Shown piece by piece: positions 1-9,726 of a DNA stretch of 64,000 nt. Each line of letters starts with the position of its first letter. The stretch's first letter is position 1. The notes below the pieces were generated by a model, which worked only from the letters and a program-made list of their open reading frames with translations, was not told the origin of the DNA and ran no database searches. Source of the DNA: Cenarchaeum sp. (GTDB lineage Archaea > Thermoproteota > Nitrososphaeria > Nitrososphaerales > Nitrosopumilaceae); NCBI GenBank assembly GCA_965242695.1, contig CBDESU010000001.1, positions 832,001 through 896,000 of the forward strand. Direction: 5' to 3'. Both the position numbers and the translations under genes were made by a program.

Positions 1-2
1 AC

Positions 3-3000
3 GGCGTGCAGCTCGTCCGCGTGCACGAAAACGGCACGCTGGGGGCGGCAGGCTGGCTCCGCGACACTACCGCCCTGACCCTAGAAAAGCCCAGGGCGGT
101 CCGCGCGTTTGACATGGGCAACCGCACGTACGCATTAGTGACCTCTGAAATCGACGACGGCGTGCAGCTCGTCCGCGTGCACGAAAACGGCACGCTCTCC
201 CCGGCCGGGATGGTCGTCAAGGGCCCTGGACTCAGCCTCAACACGGCCCACGGCGGCATCGACGTGTTTGCTGCGGGCAACCACACGTACGCCATCGTGA
301 CCTCCCAGGACAGAGTCGCCTACATAACCAGCACTCCTCATAACAACCTCAGAGGAGAAGTCCAGGTGATCCTGCTCTCGCCGGCGTCCGTGGAGAGCGT
401 ATCGACATCCCTGCCCGACGACGGCGAGTACGGGGAGGGTCACCGGTTCAACGTCACCGTCGGCTTTGACGCTCCGGTGTCTGTCTCGGATCCGCCGCCC
501 TCGCTGGTGCTCTCGCTAGGCGGGGGCGGTGGCGCAAACGGCGCTGTGACCAGACTTGCCGCGGAATACCTGGACGGCGACGGGACGGACTCGCTCGTGT
601 TCAACTACACGGTGGGGCCCGGAGACGAGGCGTCCGGCGCCCTGCGCCACGCGAGCGCCGGCTCGATGGCGGTGCTCGGCGACGTGGCGGACGCGCGGGG
701 AAAGGGCCCCTCGAACAGGCTGGTGATGCCGCCGTCCCAGGGCGACGTGGTCGTGGATCTGTTCGACCCCGGGCGGGGCCCCGCGGCCGCCGACCTGGAT
801 CTGCCGGGACCGCAAACCCTCTTGCAGAACGTCGTACTCGACGGCGCCGCGCCGCGCGTGGTCGGCATCACAGAGGCGGATCCAAAGGGAGCCGCGTACG
901 TGAAGGACGACTCGATCGGGATCGCGATCACATTCCACGAGCCCGTCGTGATCTCGGCAGGGGCCTCTCCCTCGCTCCGCCTTGCGCTCGGCGGGGGCGC
1001 CACGGCCGAGGCCGGGTTCGACCGCCTGTCCGTCGGCAACCGCACGCTCGTCTTTGCCTATGCGGTGGAGGACGGCGACATGGCGGATCTCCTCGACTAC
1101 GACGGCGCCGGGGCCCTGTCGCTCCCCGGCGGCGGGACCGTGGCGGATGCGGTCGGCAATCCTGCCGACTTGACCCTTCCCTTTTCCGAGGGGCGGGGGC
1201 TGCTCGCCGCGGCCGGGATCGAAATCGACACCGAGCCGCCGCGCGTCGCGTCCGTGTCCTCGCCCGACAGGAGCGACATGTACGTGGCGGATGCAAAGAT
1301 CAACATTACCGTGACCTTTGGCGAGGACGTCTACGTGACGGGGACGCCGATGCTGGCCCTCTCGACGAGCCCCGCCAGGAGCGCATCGTACGTCGGGGAT
1401 GTGGACGGGGATGCCGATCTCGAGTTCCTCTACACGGTGCAGCCAGGCGATGCCGCAAATCCCTTGGACTACGCGAACCGTAGCGCGCTGATGCTTAGCG
1501 GCGGAACCATACGGGACAAGGCCGGCAACGCTGCCGTACGCGAGCTGCCCCCGAGCGGAGGTTCGGACTCGCTCGCGGCCTCGGGGATTGAAATCGACGC
1601 CGTGGCGCCCGAGGTGGTGCTGCCGGCCGAGGCCGAGTTTCGGGACCGCATACGCGTCACGTTCGACGGGTCCGTCTCGTCCGGCAGTACGAAAGCCTCG
1701 GCCGGCTGGTCGATATCGGGGCCGAGCGCGGAGGGCTTGTCCATAGCGGATCTTGACCCGATCCGGCCGAACGAGCCGCTCACCGAGATCGTGCTCGTAC
1801 TCGACGGCCACCTACCCGACACGGCCCCGAACATCGCACTTTCCTACAACGCCAGCGCCGGCGGCATTGCGGACAAGGCCGGCAACCGGCTGCAGGACCT
1901 GGTTGGAATCGACGTGGCCGACCGCATGCGGCCAGAGTTCGTCGAGGCGCTGATCACGGGGCCGCGCGAGGTCACGATCGACTACACCGAGCCGGTCGCC
2001 GCCTCGCCTGGCGCCTACTCTGACCTTGACATCGGGGGAGTCGTGCGAGCGCTGGAGCCGCACGACACTGCGGCCCTCCGCCAGCATGTGCTCGGCTTTG
2101 TCGGCGCCGAGGCGCCCATCCCGGAGCCGCCCAGTACAATAACGATAGACGGGCGCGCCGTGCTCGACGAGGCCGATCCCTCGAACCCGCTCGGCAACGT
2201 CTCCGACACCGTGGAGATCCGCGACGGGCGGGTGCTGGAAGTGCACTCGTCGAGGATCACCGACCCCGACACGGCCGTCATTACGTACACCAGAAACGCC
2301 GCGGCGCCTCGGGACGCCTACTCGTCGCTCGTGGTCGCCGGGCAGCCTAGGAACATAACGGATCTGGACGGAGCCGGCGGCGACGGGCACTTCCACACGA
2401 TCACATTCTCGCCCGGCGGCGCGCCGCCGAACGCTACCGGCAGCGTCGACATCAACGGCTCTGCCGTCGTGTCACCGTCGAAGCCCGGCATGCGGCTCGG
2501 CGATGCCGCGATTACGGCCGCGCTTGCAGACGGCCAGTCCCCCTCTGCGCTCAGCGCCGCGGCCGTCTCGCTCGACACCATACGGATCTCATTCGACGAG
2601 GCCATACTGGCACCGGGCACGAGCGCCGCCGGCTGGTCGGTGTCGGGCGGCGATGCGGCCGGCCTTGCAGTCGCATCGAGCCGGGATGCCTCGGATCCGT
2701 CAAACACGCTCACGCTGACCCTCGACGGCCCGCTGCCAGACACCGCGCCGGACTCGATAACCCTTTCGTACCACCCTGCCGCCGGCAGCGTAGAGGATGC
2801 GGCAGGCAACGCGCTTGTCGCCTCGTCGATTGCCGTCGCCGACGGCATCGCCCCCGCCATCAGGTCTGCCGTCTTTTCGGGGCCCAACGAGGCCGAAGTA
2901 CGATACACAGAGCCCGTGTGGGCCTCGCCCGGCGCGTACGCATCCGTCGCGCTGGACTCGGGCGGGGATCCGCGCCCCGTCACGGATCTTGAGGGAAACG

Positions 3001-5144
3001 GGACGGACATGCACACGGTATCGTTCGACGGCAATCCCGTGGGCCTGGACGAGACCGGCTCGCTAGAGGTGGACGCGGCGGCCATTCGGGATGAGGCCAC
3101 GCTCCCGCTCGGCGAGGACGGCCCGATCGAGCTGGGCGACACCCAGCCGCCGTCGGTCAGAAGCGCCACGGCCGTCTCGCTCGACACCATACGGGTCGTA
3201 TTCGACGAGCCCGTGCTGGACCCGGGCACGGGCGCCGGCGGGTGGTCCGTATCGGGCGGCGATGCGGCCGGCATTGCAGTCGCCTCTAGCCCGGATATCG
3301 CGGCGCCGTCGGGCATGCTCACGCTGGCCCTGGGCGGCCAGCTGCCGGATACGGCGCCGGATGGGGTATTGCTCGTGTACGATCCGGCCGCCGGCAGCAT
3401 AGAGGACAGGGCCGGCAACGCGCTTGCCGCCTCGTCGACTGCCGTCGCCGACGGGATCGCCCCCTCGATCGCATCGGCCTTTGTCGCGGGGCCCAGCGAG
3501 GCCGAGGTACGGTATACGGAGCCCGTGTGGGCCTCGCCCGGCGCGTACGCATCCGTATCGCTGTCCTCGGGCGGGGATCCTCGCCCCGTTGAGGGGCTGG
3601 AGGGGAACGGGACTGCGGCGCACACCGTCTCGTTTGGGGGCGAGGCTGTCGGGCAGGGGACGACCGGCTCGCTCGTGATGGATGCGACGGCGGTGCGGGA
3701 TGCGGCCATGCTGCCGATCGGCTCGGACGCCGTGCTCAGGGTCGGACTGGCAGGCGAGGCGCCTGCGGTGGTGCAGCCAGGCGAGGCCACTGCCAAAGCG
3801 GTGTTTGCGGCCCGCAACACCGTATCCATAGCGTACTCTGCGCCGCTGGGCCCCCCGGCGGGCCACTCCGGCCCCGTGTACACCGAGGTTGCGATCAGCG
3901 GGCAGGGCGGAGGCGCCCGCCCCGTGTCGGGCGTAGAGGGGCTGGGAACCGCAATGCACACGGTCGCGTTCGGCGGGGCCGGCGTGAACGGGAGCCAGAC
4001 GGGGACGATCGTACTTGCAGTCGGACTAGAGGGGGCGGCCGGCGGCGACAATGGCGACCGGCCGCGGTTCGCGGCAGGCGCGATACCAGTGGCGTCGGGC
4101 AGGACAATTCAGACAGTCCTGCTCTCGCAGCCGCAGCAGGGGTCGCAAATGCCGGTCCGGATCGAGCCCGACGGCTTTACCCGGACGGTCGACGGGACGG
4201 CGGCCGGCAGTTCGGCGCGCCTTACCATCAACGTGACGGGCCTGGCCCAGCCATCGGCCGATCCGGGCACGGCCGTGTTCCCCGCAGAGGCAGTCACGCT
4301 GGCCGCCTCTTTCGCCCGGGTGACGTTCCCGCCAGGCGTGACCGCAACGTCCGTCCCCGCCGGCGGCGCAATCTCGCTGTACGTGGACGCCGTCCCAGCC
4401 GAGAACGCCACCTCTGCCCTGGGCTATCCTGCCGCAGGCGGGCTCGTCCTGCGGACGATCGTAGAGGTCGGAGGCGACACGGCGCCCGTCCTGTTCGACA
4501 GGCCCGTCCGAATATCCCTGGACGGCCAGGCCGGCGGCCGCGCGTTCTACATCGAGGGCGGCGCCACGGGCGGCACGATCGAGCCGATCGACCTGGCATG
4601 CGCGGCCGACGACACGGAGCGGGTCCACCGCCAGCTTGACGGCACGGGCGAGTGCCGGATCGAATCGGGCGACGACATGGTCATCCACACGTACCACCTG
4701 ACGCGGTTCGGCACCGTCGCATCCGATCGCGGCACGCCGCCTCCCGTCGTCCATACGTGCTCGATGCGCCTAGCCGCGGCCGACCTGGCCGTGGGCGCGA
4801 CCGCGGGCGCCTATTCCAAGGCGGTCCAACAGGCCGTGGTCAACTCTGGCTCGCAGCCGTTCGACCGCGTCGCGCTCGATGCGACCCCGTGGTACATCGA
4901 CCCCGTCTCGGACATGCCGGGCACGGATGCGCCGTCCCTGCCGGCCTCGCTTACAGTGACGAGCGATGCGGAGCAGGGCGGGCAGTTTGCGCCGCTGCCG
5001 GGCGCCGTCGCGGACGGGCTCGGCGGCGGGCAGGAGGAGGCACTGTGGCTTGCGATCAACCTGACGGGGCACGCCCAGGTGAACGGCACCCGGCTTGTGC
5101 AGGATGTCGCGTACACGGCCGAGTGCGGCGGCCCGCCGGGCTGA
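3..5144 (+). CDS. Giant surface protein/adhesin, 5'-truncated by window edge (LVIVD-like beta-propeller end, tandem Ig-like repeats, HLT domain, Cys-closed C-terminal domain)
   Basis: Frame open from the window start. DDGVQLVRVHENGTL propeller-type repeats; repeated 'F.EPV...D.AGN...D..AP' Ig-like units; ~600-bp internal repeats (~2530-3140 vs ~3140-3740); C-terminal part homologous to that of 17260-27249. Confidence 0.9.
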   Translation, partial: GVQLVRVHENGTLGAAGWLRDTTALTLEKPRAVRAFDMGNRTYALVTSEIDDGVQLVRVHENGTLSPAGMVVKGPGLSLNTAHGGIDVFAAGNHTYAIVTSQDRVAYITSTPHNNLRGEVQVILLSPASVESVSTSLPDDGEYGEGHRFNVTVGFDAPVSVSDPPPSLVLSLGGGGGANGAVTRLAAEYLDGDGTDSLVFNYTVGPGDEASGALRHASAGSMAVLGDVADARGKGPSNRLVMPPSQGDVVVDLFDPGRGPAAADLDLPGPQTLLQNVVLDGAAPRVVGITEADPKGAAYVKDDSIGIAITFHEPVVISAGASPSLRLALGGGATAEAGFDRLSVGNRTLVFAYAVEDGDMADLLDYDGAGALSLPGGGTVADAVGNPADLTLPFSEGRGLLAAAGIEIDTEPPRVASVSSPDRSDMYVADAKINITVTFGEDVYVTGTPMLALSTSPARSASYVGDVDGDADLEFLYTVQPGDAANPLDYANRSALMLSGGTIRDKAGNAAVRELPPSGGSDSLAASGIEIDAVAPEVVLPAEAEFRDRIRVTFDGSVSSGSTKASAGWSISGPSAEGLSIADLDPIRPNEPLTEIVLVLDGHLPDTAPNIALSYNASAGGIADKAGNRLQDLVGIDVADRMRPEFVEALITGPREVTIDYTEPVAASPGAYSDLDIGGVVRALEPHDTAALRQHVLGFVGAEAPIPEPPSTITIDGRAVLDEADPSNPLGNVSDTVEIRDGRVLEVHSSRITDPDTAVITYTRNAAAPRDAYSSLVVAGQPRNITDLDGAGGDGHFHTITFSPGGAPPNATGSVDINGSAVVSPSKPGMRLGDAAITAALADGQSPSALSAAAVSLDTIRISFDEAILAPGTSAAGWSVSGGDAAGLAVASSRDASDPSNTLTLTLDGPLPDTAPDSITLSYHPAAGSVEDAAGNALVASSIAVADGIAPAIRSAVFSGPNEAEVRYTEPVWASPGAYASVALDSGGDPRPVTDLEGNGTDMHTVSFDGNPVGLDETGSLEVDAAAIRDEATLPLGEDGPIELGDTQPPSVRSATAVSLDTIRVVFDEPVLDPGTGAGGWSVSGGDAAGIAVASSPDIAAPSGMLTLALGGQLPDTAPDGVLLVYDPAAGSIEDRAGNALAASSTAVADGIAPSIASAFVAGPSEAEVRYTEPVWASPGAYASVSLSSGGDPRPVEGLEGNGTAAHTVSFGGEAVGQGTTGSLVMDATAVRDAAMLPIGSDAVLRVGLAGEAPAVVQPGEATAKAVFAARNTVSIAYSAPLGPPAGHSGPVYTEVAISGQGGGARPVSGVEGLGTAMHTVAFGGAGVNGSQTGTIVLAVGLEGAAGGDNGDRPRFAAGAIPVASGRTIQTVLLSQPQQGSQMPVRIEPDGFTRTVDGTAAGSSARLTINVTGLAQPSADPGTAVFPAEAVTLAASFARVTFPPGVTATSVPAGGAISLYVDAVPAENATSALGYPAAGGLVLRTIVEVGGDTAPVLFDRPVRISLDGQAGGRAFYIEGGATGGTIEPIDLACAADDTERVHRQLDGTGECRIESGDDMVIHTYHLTRFGTVASDRGTPPPVVHTCSMRLAAADLAVGATAGAYSKAVQQAVVNSGSQPFDRVALDATPWYIDPVSDMPGTDAPSLPASLTVTSDAEQGGQFAPLPGAVADGLGGGQEEALWLAINLTGHAQVNGTRLVQDVAYTAECGGPPG

Positions 5145-5261
5145 TCCCCCGCGCGCAGCCGGCGCGGGCCGGATATGGGCTGCGCGGCCGCGCCCCTGCG
5201 CCGCACGGCGGCCCATGCGGCGCCCGCCAGTCTTATAGGATGCCTCCCGTTGCGCGACGCA

Positions 5262-5355
5262 ATGGCAGAGCCTGCCTCCTGCAAGCTGTGCGGCCGCGCC
5301 CTTGCACTGCCCGCCCCGTCGCTCGTACTGCGGGCAGTGCAGGGCCAGGGCCCTG
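5262..5355 (+). pseudogene. Zinc-finger family fragment (N-terminus only, frameshifted)
   Basis: MAEPASCKLCGR, then RRSYCGQCRARA in a shifted frame; preceded by the family promoter CCCGCCAGTCTTATAG at 5223-5238. Confidence 0.75.
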
Positions 5356-5594
5356 CGCTGGTACTCGCGGTTGTAGCGCCGTGTAGACTCGGCGCGGCAC
5401 TCTTTTGAGCAGTAGCGGGCGATCCTGCTCATCGTGGTGAACCTCTTGCCGCACTCCTTGCACCTTGCGCGCAGCTTTTCGGCGATCGCCCTGTCGGCCT
5501 TGGCGGTGCACCGCTTGCAGTAGATGCGGCGCTCGTCGCGCCCGCGCTGCCCAAGGCTGCGCCCGCACAGGCTGCAGGCGGTCCGGCCCGCCAT
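5346..5594 (-). pseudogene. Zinc-finger family gene truncated after module 1
   Basis: MAGRTACSLCGR..YCKRC..CKECGK..YCSKEC..RRYNREYQRRAL, after which homology stops at 5346; family promoter at 5618-5633 (-). Confidence 0.8.
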
Positions 5595-5861
5595 CGCCCC
5601 GTGCCCTGAATTGCGGGCTATAAGGCTGGCGGGAGCCGCAGCGCCGGCGCGTGCGCCCCGCCGGATCGGTCCGGACTCGGCATGCCTGCACGGGATCGAC
5701 TCGTCGCGCACGGCGCCTTCCCGGGCCGTCCCTCCGCACGCGCGCGCCGGATGCGGGCGGGCGCGGCGCCGCGCATGCCGGAGCCCGTCCCGGGCGCGTG
5801 CGGCAGCGCGGCGGCCGGGCGTCCGCAGCCGCCCGGGCCGCCAGCGGGGGAGCCAGCCCCC

Positions 5862-6170
5862 TCAGCCGCGCCGCCTGCGCTGCGCGAACCCTGCGCGGCG
5901 GCGCGGGGGGATCCGCACCTTGGCGACCCTTGCCGAGGCCGCGGCCGCCCTGGCCGACGCATCGGCCACGGCGCGCAGGCCGGCCTCTTGCCGACTGCGC
6001 AGGATGCCGCCGGGGCCGTCCGCAGCGGCGGTAGCCGGAACGGATGCGGACTCTACGGCGCTTACGACGACCTCTGCAGCGGCGGCCACGGCCTCGGTGG
6101 CCGCCTCGACGGCCGCCGTCGCAGCGGATACGGCCGCATCGACCGCAGCCGCGCTGTTCTGTGGTTTCAT
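5862..6170 (-). CDS. Small Ala-rich hypothetical protein
   Basis: ATG start with a CTTATA box ~28 nt upstream; low-complexity helical sequence with a basic tail. Confidence 0.45.
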   Translation of the reverse strand: MKPQNSAAAVDAAVSAATAAVEAATEAVAAAAEVVVSAVESASVPATAAADGPGGILRSRQEAGLRAVADASARAAAASARVAKVRIPPRRRAGFAQRRRRG

Positions 6171-6875
6171 AAAAAGCGGCGGGCCCGCTGCCTATAAGGA
6201 GTTCCTATACAATGTTCAGCTTGGGCGCCATGATGGCACGGCCTGACATGTACCGAGGTAGGAGCGGCAGGCGGGCGTCGGGCGCCTAGACATGCGGCGT
6301 AGTGAGGGCAGGGGCGACGCGTCCCTGTAGGCCATTGGACCTCCTGCGGAGGGTGGGTTGGGGGAGGAGGGACACTGTCGGCACGCGCGTCCTCCCTGTA
6401 AAACACCCTTTCGTTCAGGTACCGCGTTGCATAACCAAGTGTTGACGCCTACGGCATAGTGGCACGTAGGCGTCAAGATGGCCCTTATGCAACACGGTAC
6501 GTTCATGAGCAGCAACCCGTGAGGCCTGTAGTCTGATGCCGGGCAGGCGGCGATCGACATGCCTGCCGAACTGCCGCACGGCGTGGCACGGGCCACTGCA
6601 TAGGGCCTTTGGCCGGGATACTTGACCCGATATGGAACTGGCACCGGCGGCGGGGGCCGTCCAGGCACCGTCACTTGCACTATGCATGCCCGTCCATGCC
6701 TGCCACTAGTTGCGCTCGGCCGCTACCGTACGGCTTCGTCCCCCTGCCTCGCGTCAGTGACGTGTGATTGGGCGCATCACAGCCGTCAAACGATGCACCG
6801 GGCGTAGATTTAATTGGCCCTTTGGTCTACATTTCTCAACACGGGGGGCAAGGTCCCGTATGGGGTGTGGCTTAC

Positions 6876-7130
6876 ATGCGCGAGACTACTTGTGTGGTGA
6901 TCGTGGCCGAAAAAGCCGATCATGGAGAGTGGACCGCTCTTCAGGCCGGCTCCGAGATCGAAAGCCCTAAGGTGAACGTCGCTCTCAAGGCCGACAGGGA
7001 GAGGTGGGCGGCCAAGATCGGGGCCCGCGAGCGCGCTAACGTGCACGCTGGCGGATCGCTGGACTCCGTGGCGCCCACAGCAGGATGGGTTGCGGTCGCA
7101 CGCATCACGGGAGGCGACCTACAGAGATGA
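6876..7130 (+). CDS. Small hypothetical ORF overlapping the MmeI-like start (ATGA)
   Basis: TGA at 7128-7130 overlaps ATG 7127; no recognisable motif; start uncertain. Confidence 0.3.
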   Translation: MRETTCVVIVAEKADHGEWTALQAGSEIESPKVNVALKADRERWAAKIGARERANVHAGGSLDSVAPTAGWVAVARITGGDLQR

Positions 7131-8170
7131 GTGCCATGAATTGGGCCGAGATACGCGCACGCGCCGCTAGGTTTGCAAACGATTGGAAGGGCGCCTCGTA
7201 CGAGAGGGGTGAGGCGCAGTCGTTCTACGACGATTTTTTCCGCGTCTTTGGAAGGGATCGGCGCCTCGTTGCGGCCTTTGAGAGACAGGTCAAGAGGCTG
7301 GACACGGCGAAGTCTGGGTTCATTGACCTCTTGTGGCCGGGCGTACTCATTGCCGAGCACAAGAGCGCCGGCTACGACTTAGACAAGGCGATGAGGCAGG
7401 CCGAGGAGTACGTCGTCTCTCTGCCCGAGCCAGAGTTCCCGCGGTATCTCCTCGCATGTGACTTTGAGCAGTTCTTACTCGTCGACTTGGAAAAGCGCAC
7501 CGAGAGTAGGTTTCCACTTTCCGATCTGCCGGATCACGTGGGCGAGTTTGCGTTCATGGCCGGAAGGGGGCCCCCTCCCCGGTCCGGTGCGGAAAGGCCC
7601 GTTGACATAAGGGCATCCGCAATGATGGGAGAGATATTCACAATGTTGAGCCACCAAGGGTACTACTCGCCTCATGTGGAGCAGTTCCTAGTTCGCCTCG
7701 CATTTTGTATGTTTGCTGAGGATACAGGAATATTCGACAAGGGGATATTCGAGGCGTACGTCCGAACGCGCACCTTGCCGGATGGCTCCGATCTCGGCCC
7801 ACGCCTTGTCAATCTCTTCGAGGTGCTCGACACGCCGGGGGCCAGCCGCCAGGGCAACCTTGACGACGACCTCAAGGCGTTTCCATACGTGGACGGGGGG
7901 CTTTTTGCAGGGCAGATTGCGATTCCGGCATGCGACGCAGATCTGCGCCGCCTAGTCCCGAGGTCGTGCGAGTTCGACTGGTCCCGCGTATCTCCTGTGA
8001 TCTTTGGCAATCTCTTCCAAGGCGTCATGGATCCCGTTGAAAAGCACAGGGAAGGGGCCCACTACACGACAGAGCGGAACATTATGCGAGTGATTGGGCC
8101 TCTCTTTCTCGATGAACTAAAGGCAGATGCCAATGCTCTACTCTCGGACGACTTTGGCAATCTCTTCCAA

Positions 8171-8194
8171 GGGGGGGGGGGGGGGGGGGGGGGG
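8171..8194 (+). repeat. G24 homopolymer inside the MmeI-like coding sequence
   Basis: 24 G, in frame (Gly8), directly after a 21-bp copy (8152-8172) of 8002-8022. Confidence 0.9.
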
Positions 8195-8260
8195 AGGAGT
8201 GGCCCTACTTCTCATAAAAAAGAGATCGAGCGGTTTCAAGGCCGATTGTCGGAACTAAAG

Positions 8261-9726
8261 TAGTAAACGAGTTAGGGAATGAGAGTATACGGGGACAAAT
8301 CTTGGTTGTAGCGGCCAATAGACGGCAATTTTGGCGTCAACGAGGCAAAAAACCGCCCGAATGTCGCCAAACGGGCAGGGGCCACCAATTTTATGGCGCA
8401 GGAACATTTTGGGGTGACACTGCAGGGGAAATCGACCTGAAATTGGCAGGAAGGTTCGGGGCCGCGGGCCCGCCGCGCGTCCCGCGGCGGCGCGTGTGAT
8501 GCCAGCGCGCGGATCAGTTGTAGTACGGAGAGTGCACGACCTTTTTTTCCACCCTGACGGTGCAGCGGCGCGGCCTCGGCCTGTTCTTGTCCCTTGCATA
8601 CGAGGCGATCGGCACGATCAGGGCGTCGTCGCTCAGCAGAACCTTGCGCACGCCCTTCTTCAGGGCTTCGGTGTCGGCAAACGCGATGTTGGCAATCGCC
8701 TTGCGTATCACGCGCCACTGGATCTCGATCGAGTTGAGCTCGGGCGTGTACGGCGGCAGGTACACGAGGACCAGGCGGCCGCCGAACTCTTCCTCCAGGC
8801 TCTCAATGTTGCCTGCATGGTGGGCCGATGCGTTGTCGAGGATCGCCATGACCCACTCCCTGCGGGCCAGCTGCTTGCGCAGGAACCACTCGATGGCTTC
8901 GCTGTTGATCTTGTCAAAGAACTCTATGTCCAGCTCCCCGTCGTACAGGGCGCCGAGCATGTGGGTCCTCTTGCGGGACAGCGTGACGGGCGCAAACCGC
9001 GTCTTTCCGGTCGGGTACCAGCCGCGCTGCATGTTCCACCCCGCGATGAGCGAGGCCGAGTCGATCATGCAAACCGAGCAGCCCTTCCGCCACCCCCTCA
9101 TGGCGGCGACCCTGCGCTTGAACCTGGCCATTTCCTTCTTGGTGGCCGCCTTGGGGTGCCGCGGCCGCGGAACCCTGCTGGACAGCCCGATGCGGTGCAG
9201 CAACAGCTGCATCCCGCGCACGCCGTAGTCCACCTTGAACTCCCTCTTGACGACGGGAATCAGACGCCGCGCCGTCCACGCGTCGCCCGAATAGCCGTGC
9301 TTGGCGGGGCCCTCCTCGACTATCTCGTACAGCTTCCTGCACTGGTCGTCGTCAAGGCGGCACCTTGCGCCCTGCCTCTTCTTGAGGTCTAGGGCTGAGG
9401 GGCCCTCGCGCGCAACGGCCAGCAGCCAACGGTGCACGGTCGAGTATGGTACCTCTAGCTCGGCCGCAATGGCCGGAATCTCCATGCCCTTCTTGCGTTT
9501 TATGCATGCCTTGATGCGGTCTGCCTTTGTCCTGTTGGTTTCCTTCTTGAGCATCTTCTTTAGCTTGCCCACGGGATAGTTGATCAAAAGCTTTCCGCCC
9601 TTGGGTATCTCCTTACTTATTCTCATTGCCCGGCAGCGATCTACACCGTGTTTTTAATGTATGCCGCCCCGGCAGGCCACGGCCACCTGCCCCCCTGCAT
9701 TCTCTCATCTTTAGACTCGTTTACTA
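8261..9726 (-). mobile_element. IS630-family insertion sequence (~1466 bp)
   Basis: Perfect 12-bp terminal inverted repeats TAGTAAACGAGT (8261-8272) and ACTCGTTTACTA (9715-9726), extending imperfectly to ~30 bp; AG on both flanks. Confidence 0.92.
8514..9626 (-). CDS. IS630-family DDE transposase (HTH + winged HTH + DDE_3)
   Basis: IAAELEVPYSTVHRW, WTARRL, MIDSAS, ILDNASAH, YLPPYTPELNSIEIQWR. Confidence 0.95.
   Translation of the reverse strand: MRISKEIPKGGKLLINYPVGKLKKMLKKETNRTKADRIKACIKRKKGMEIPAIAAELEVPYSTVHRWLLAVAREGPSALDLKKRQGARCRLDDDQCRKLYEIVEEGPAKHGYSGDAWTARRLIPVVKREFKVDYGVRGMQLLLHRIGLSSRVPRPRHPKAATKKEMARFKRRVAAMRGWRKGCSVCMIDSASLIAGWNMQRGWYPTGKTRFAPVTLSRKRTHMLGALYDGELDIEFFDKINSEAIEWFLRKQLARREWVMAILDNASAHHAGNIESLEEEFGGRLVLVYLPPYTPELNSIEIQWRVIRKAIANIAFADTEALKKGVRKVLLSDDALIVPIASYARDKNRPRPRRCTVRVEKKVVHSPYYN

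Noticed and set aside
6200-6870. Gene or remnant upstream of the MmeI-like gene
   Set aside because: Several short overlapping ORFs with no recognisable motif or coherent codon signal.
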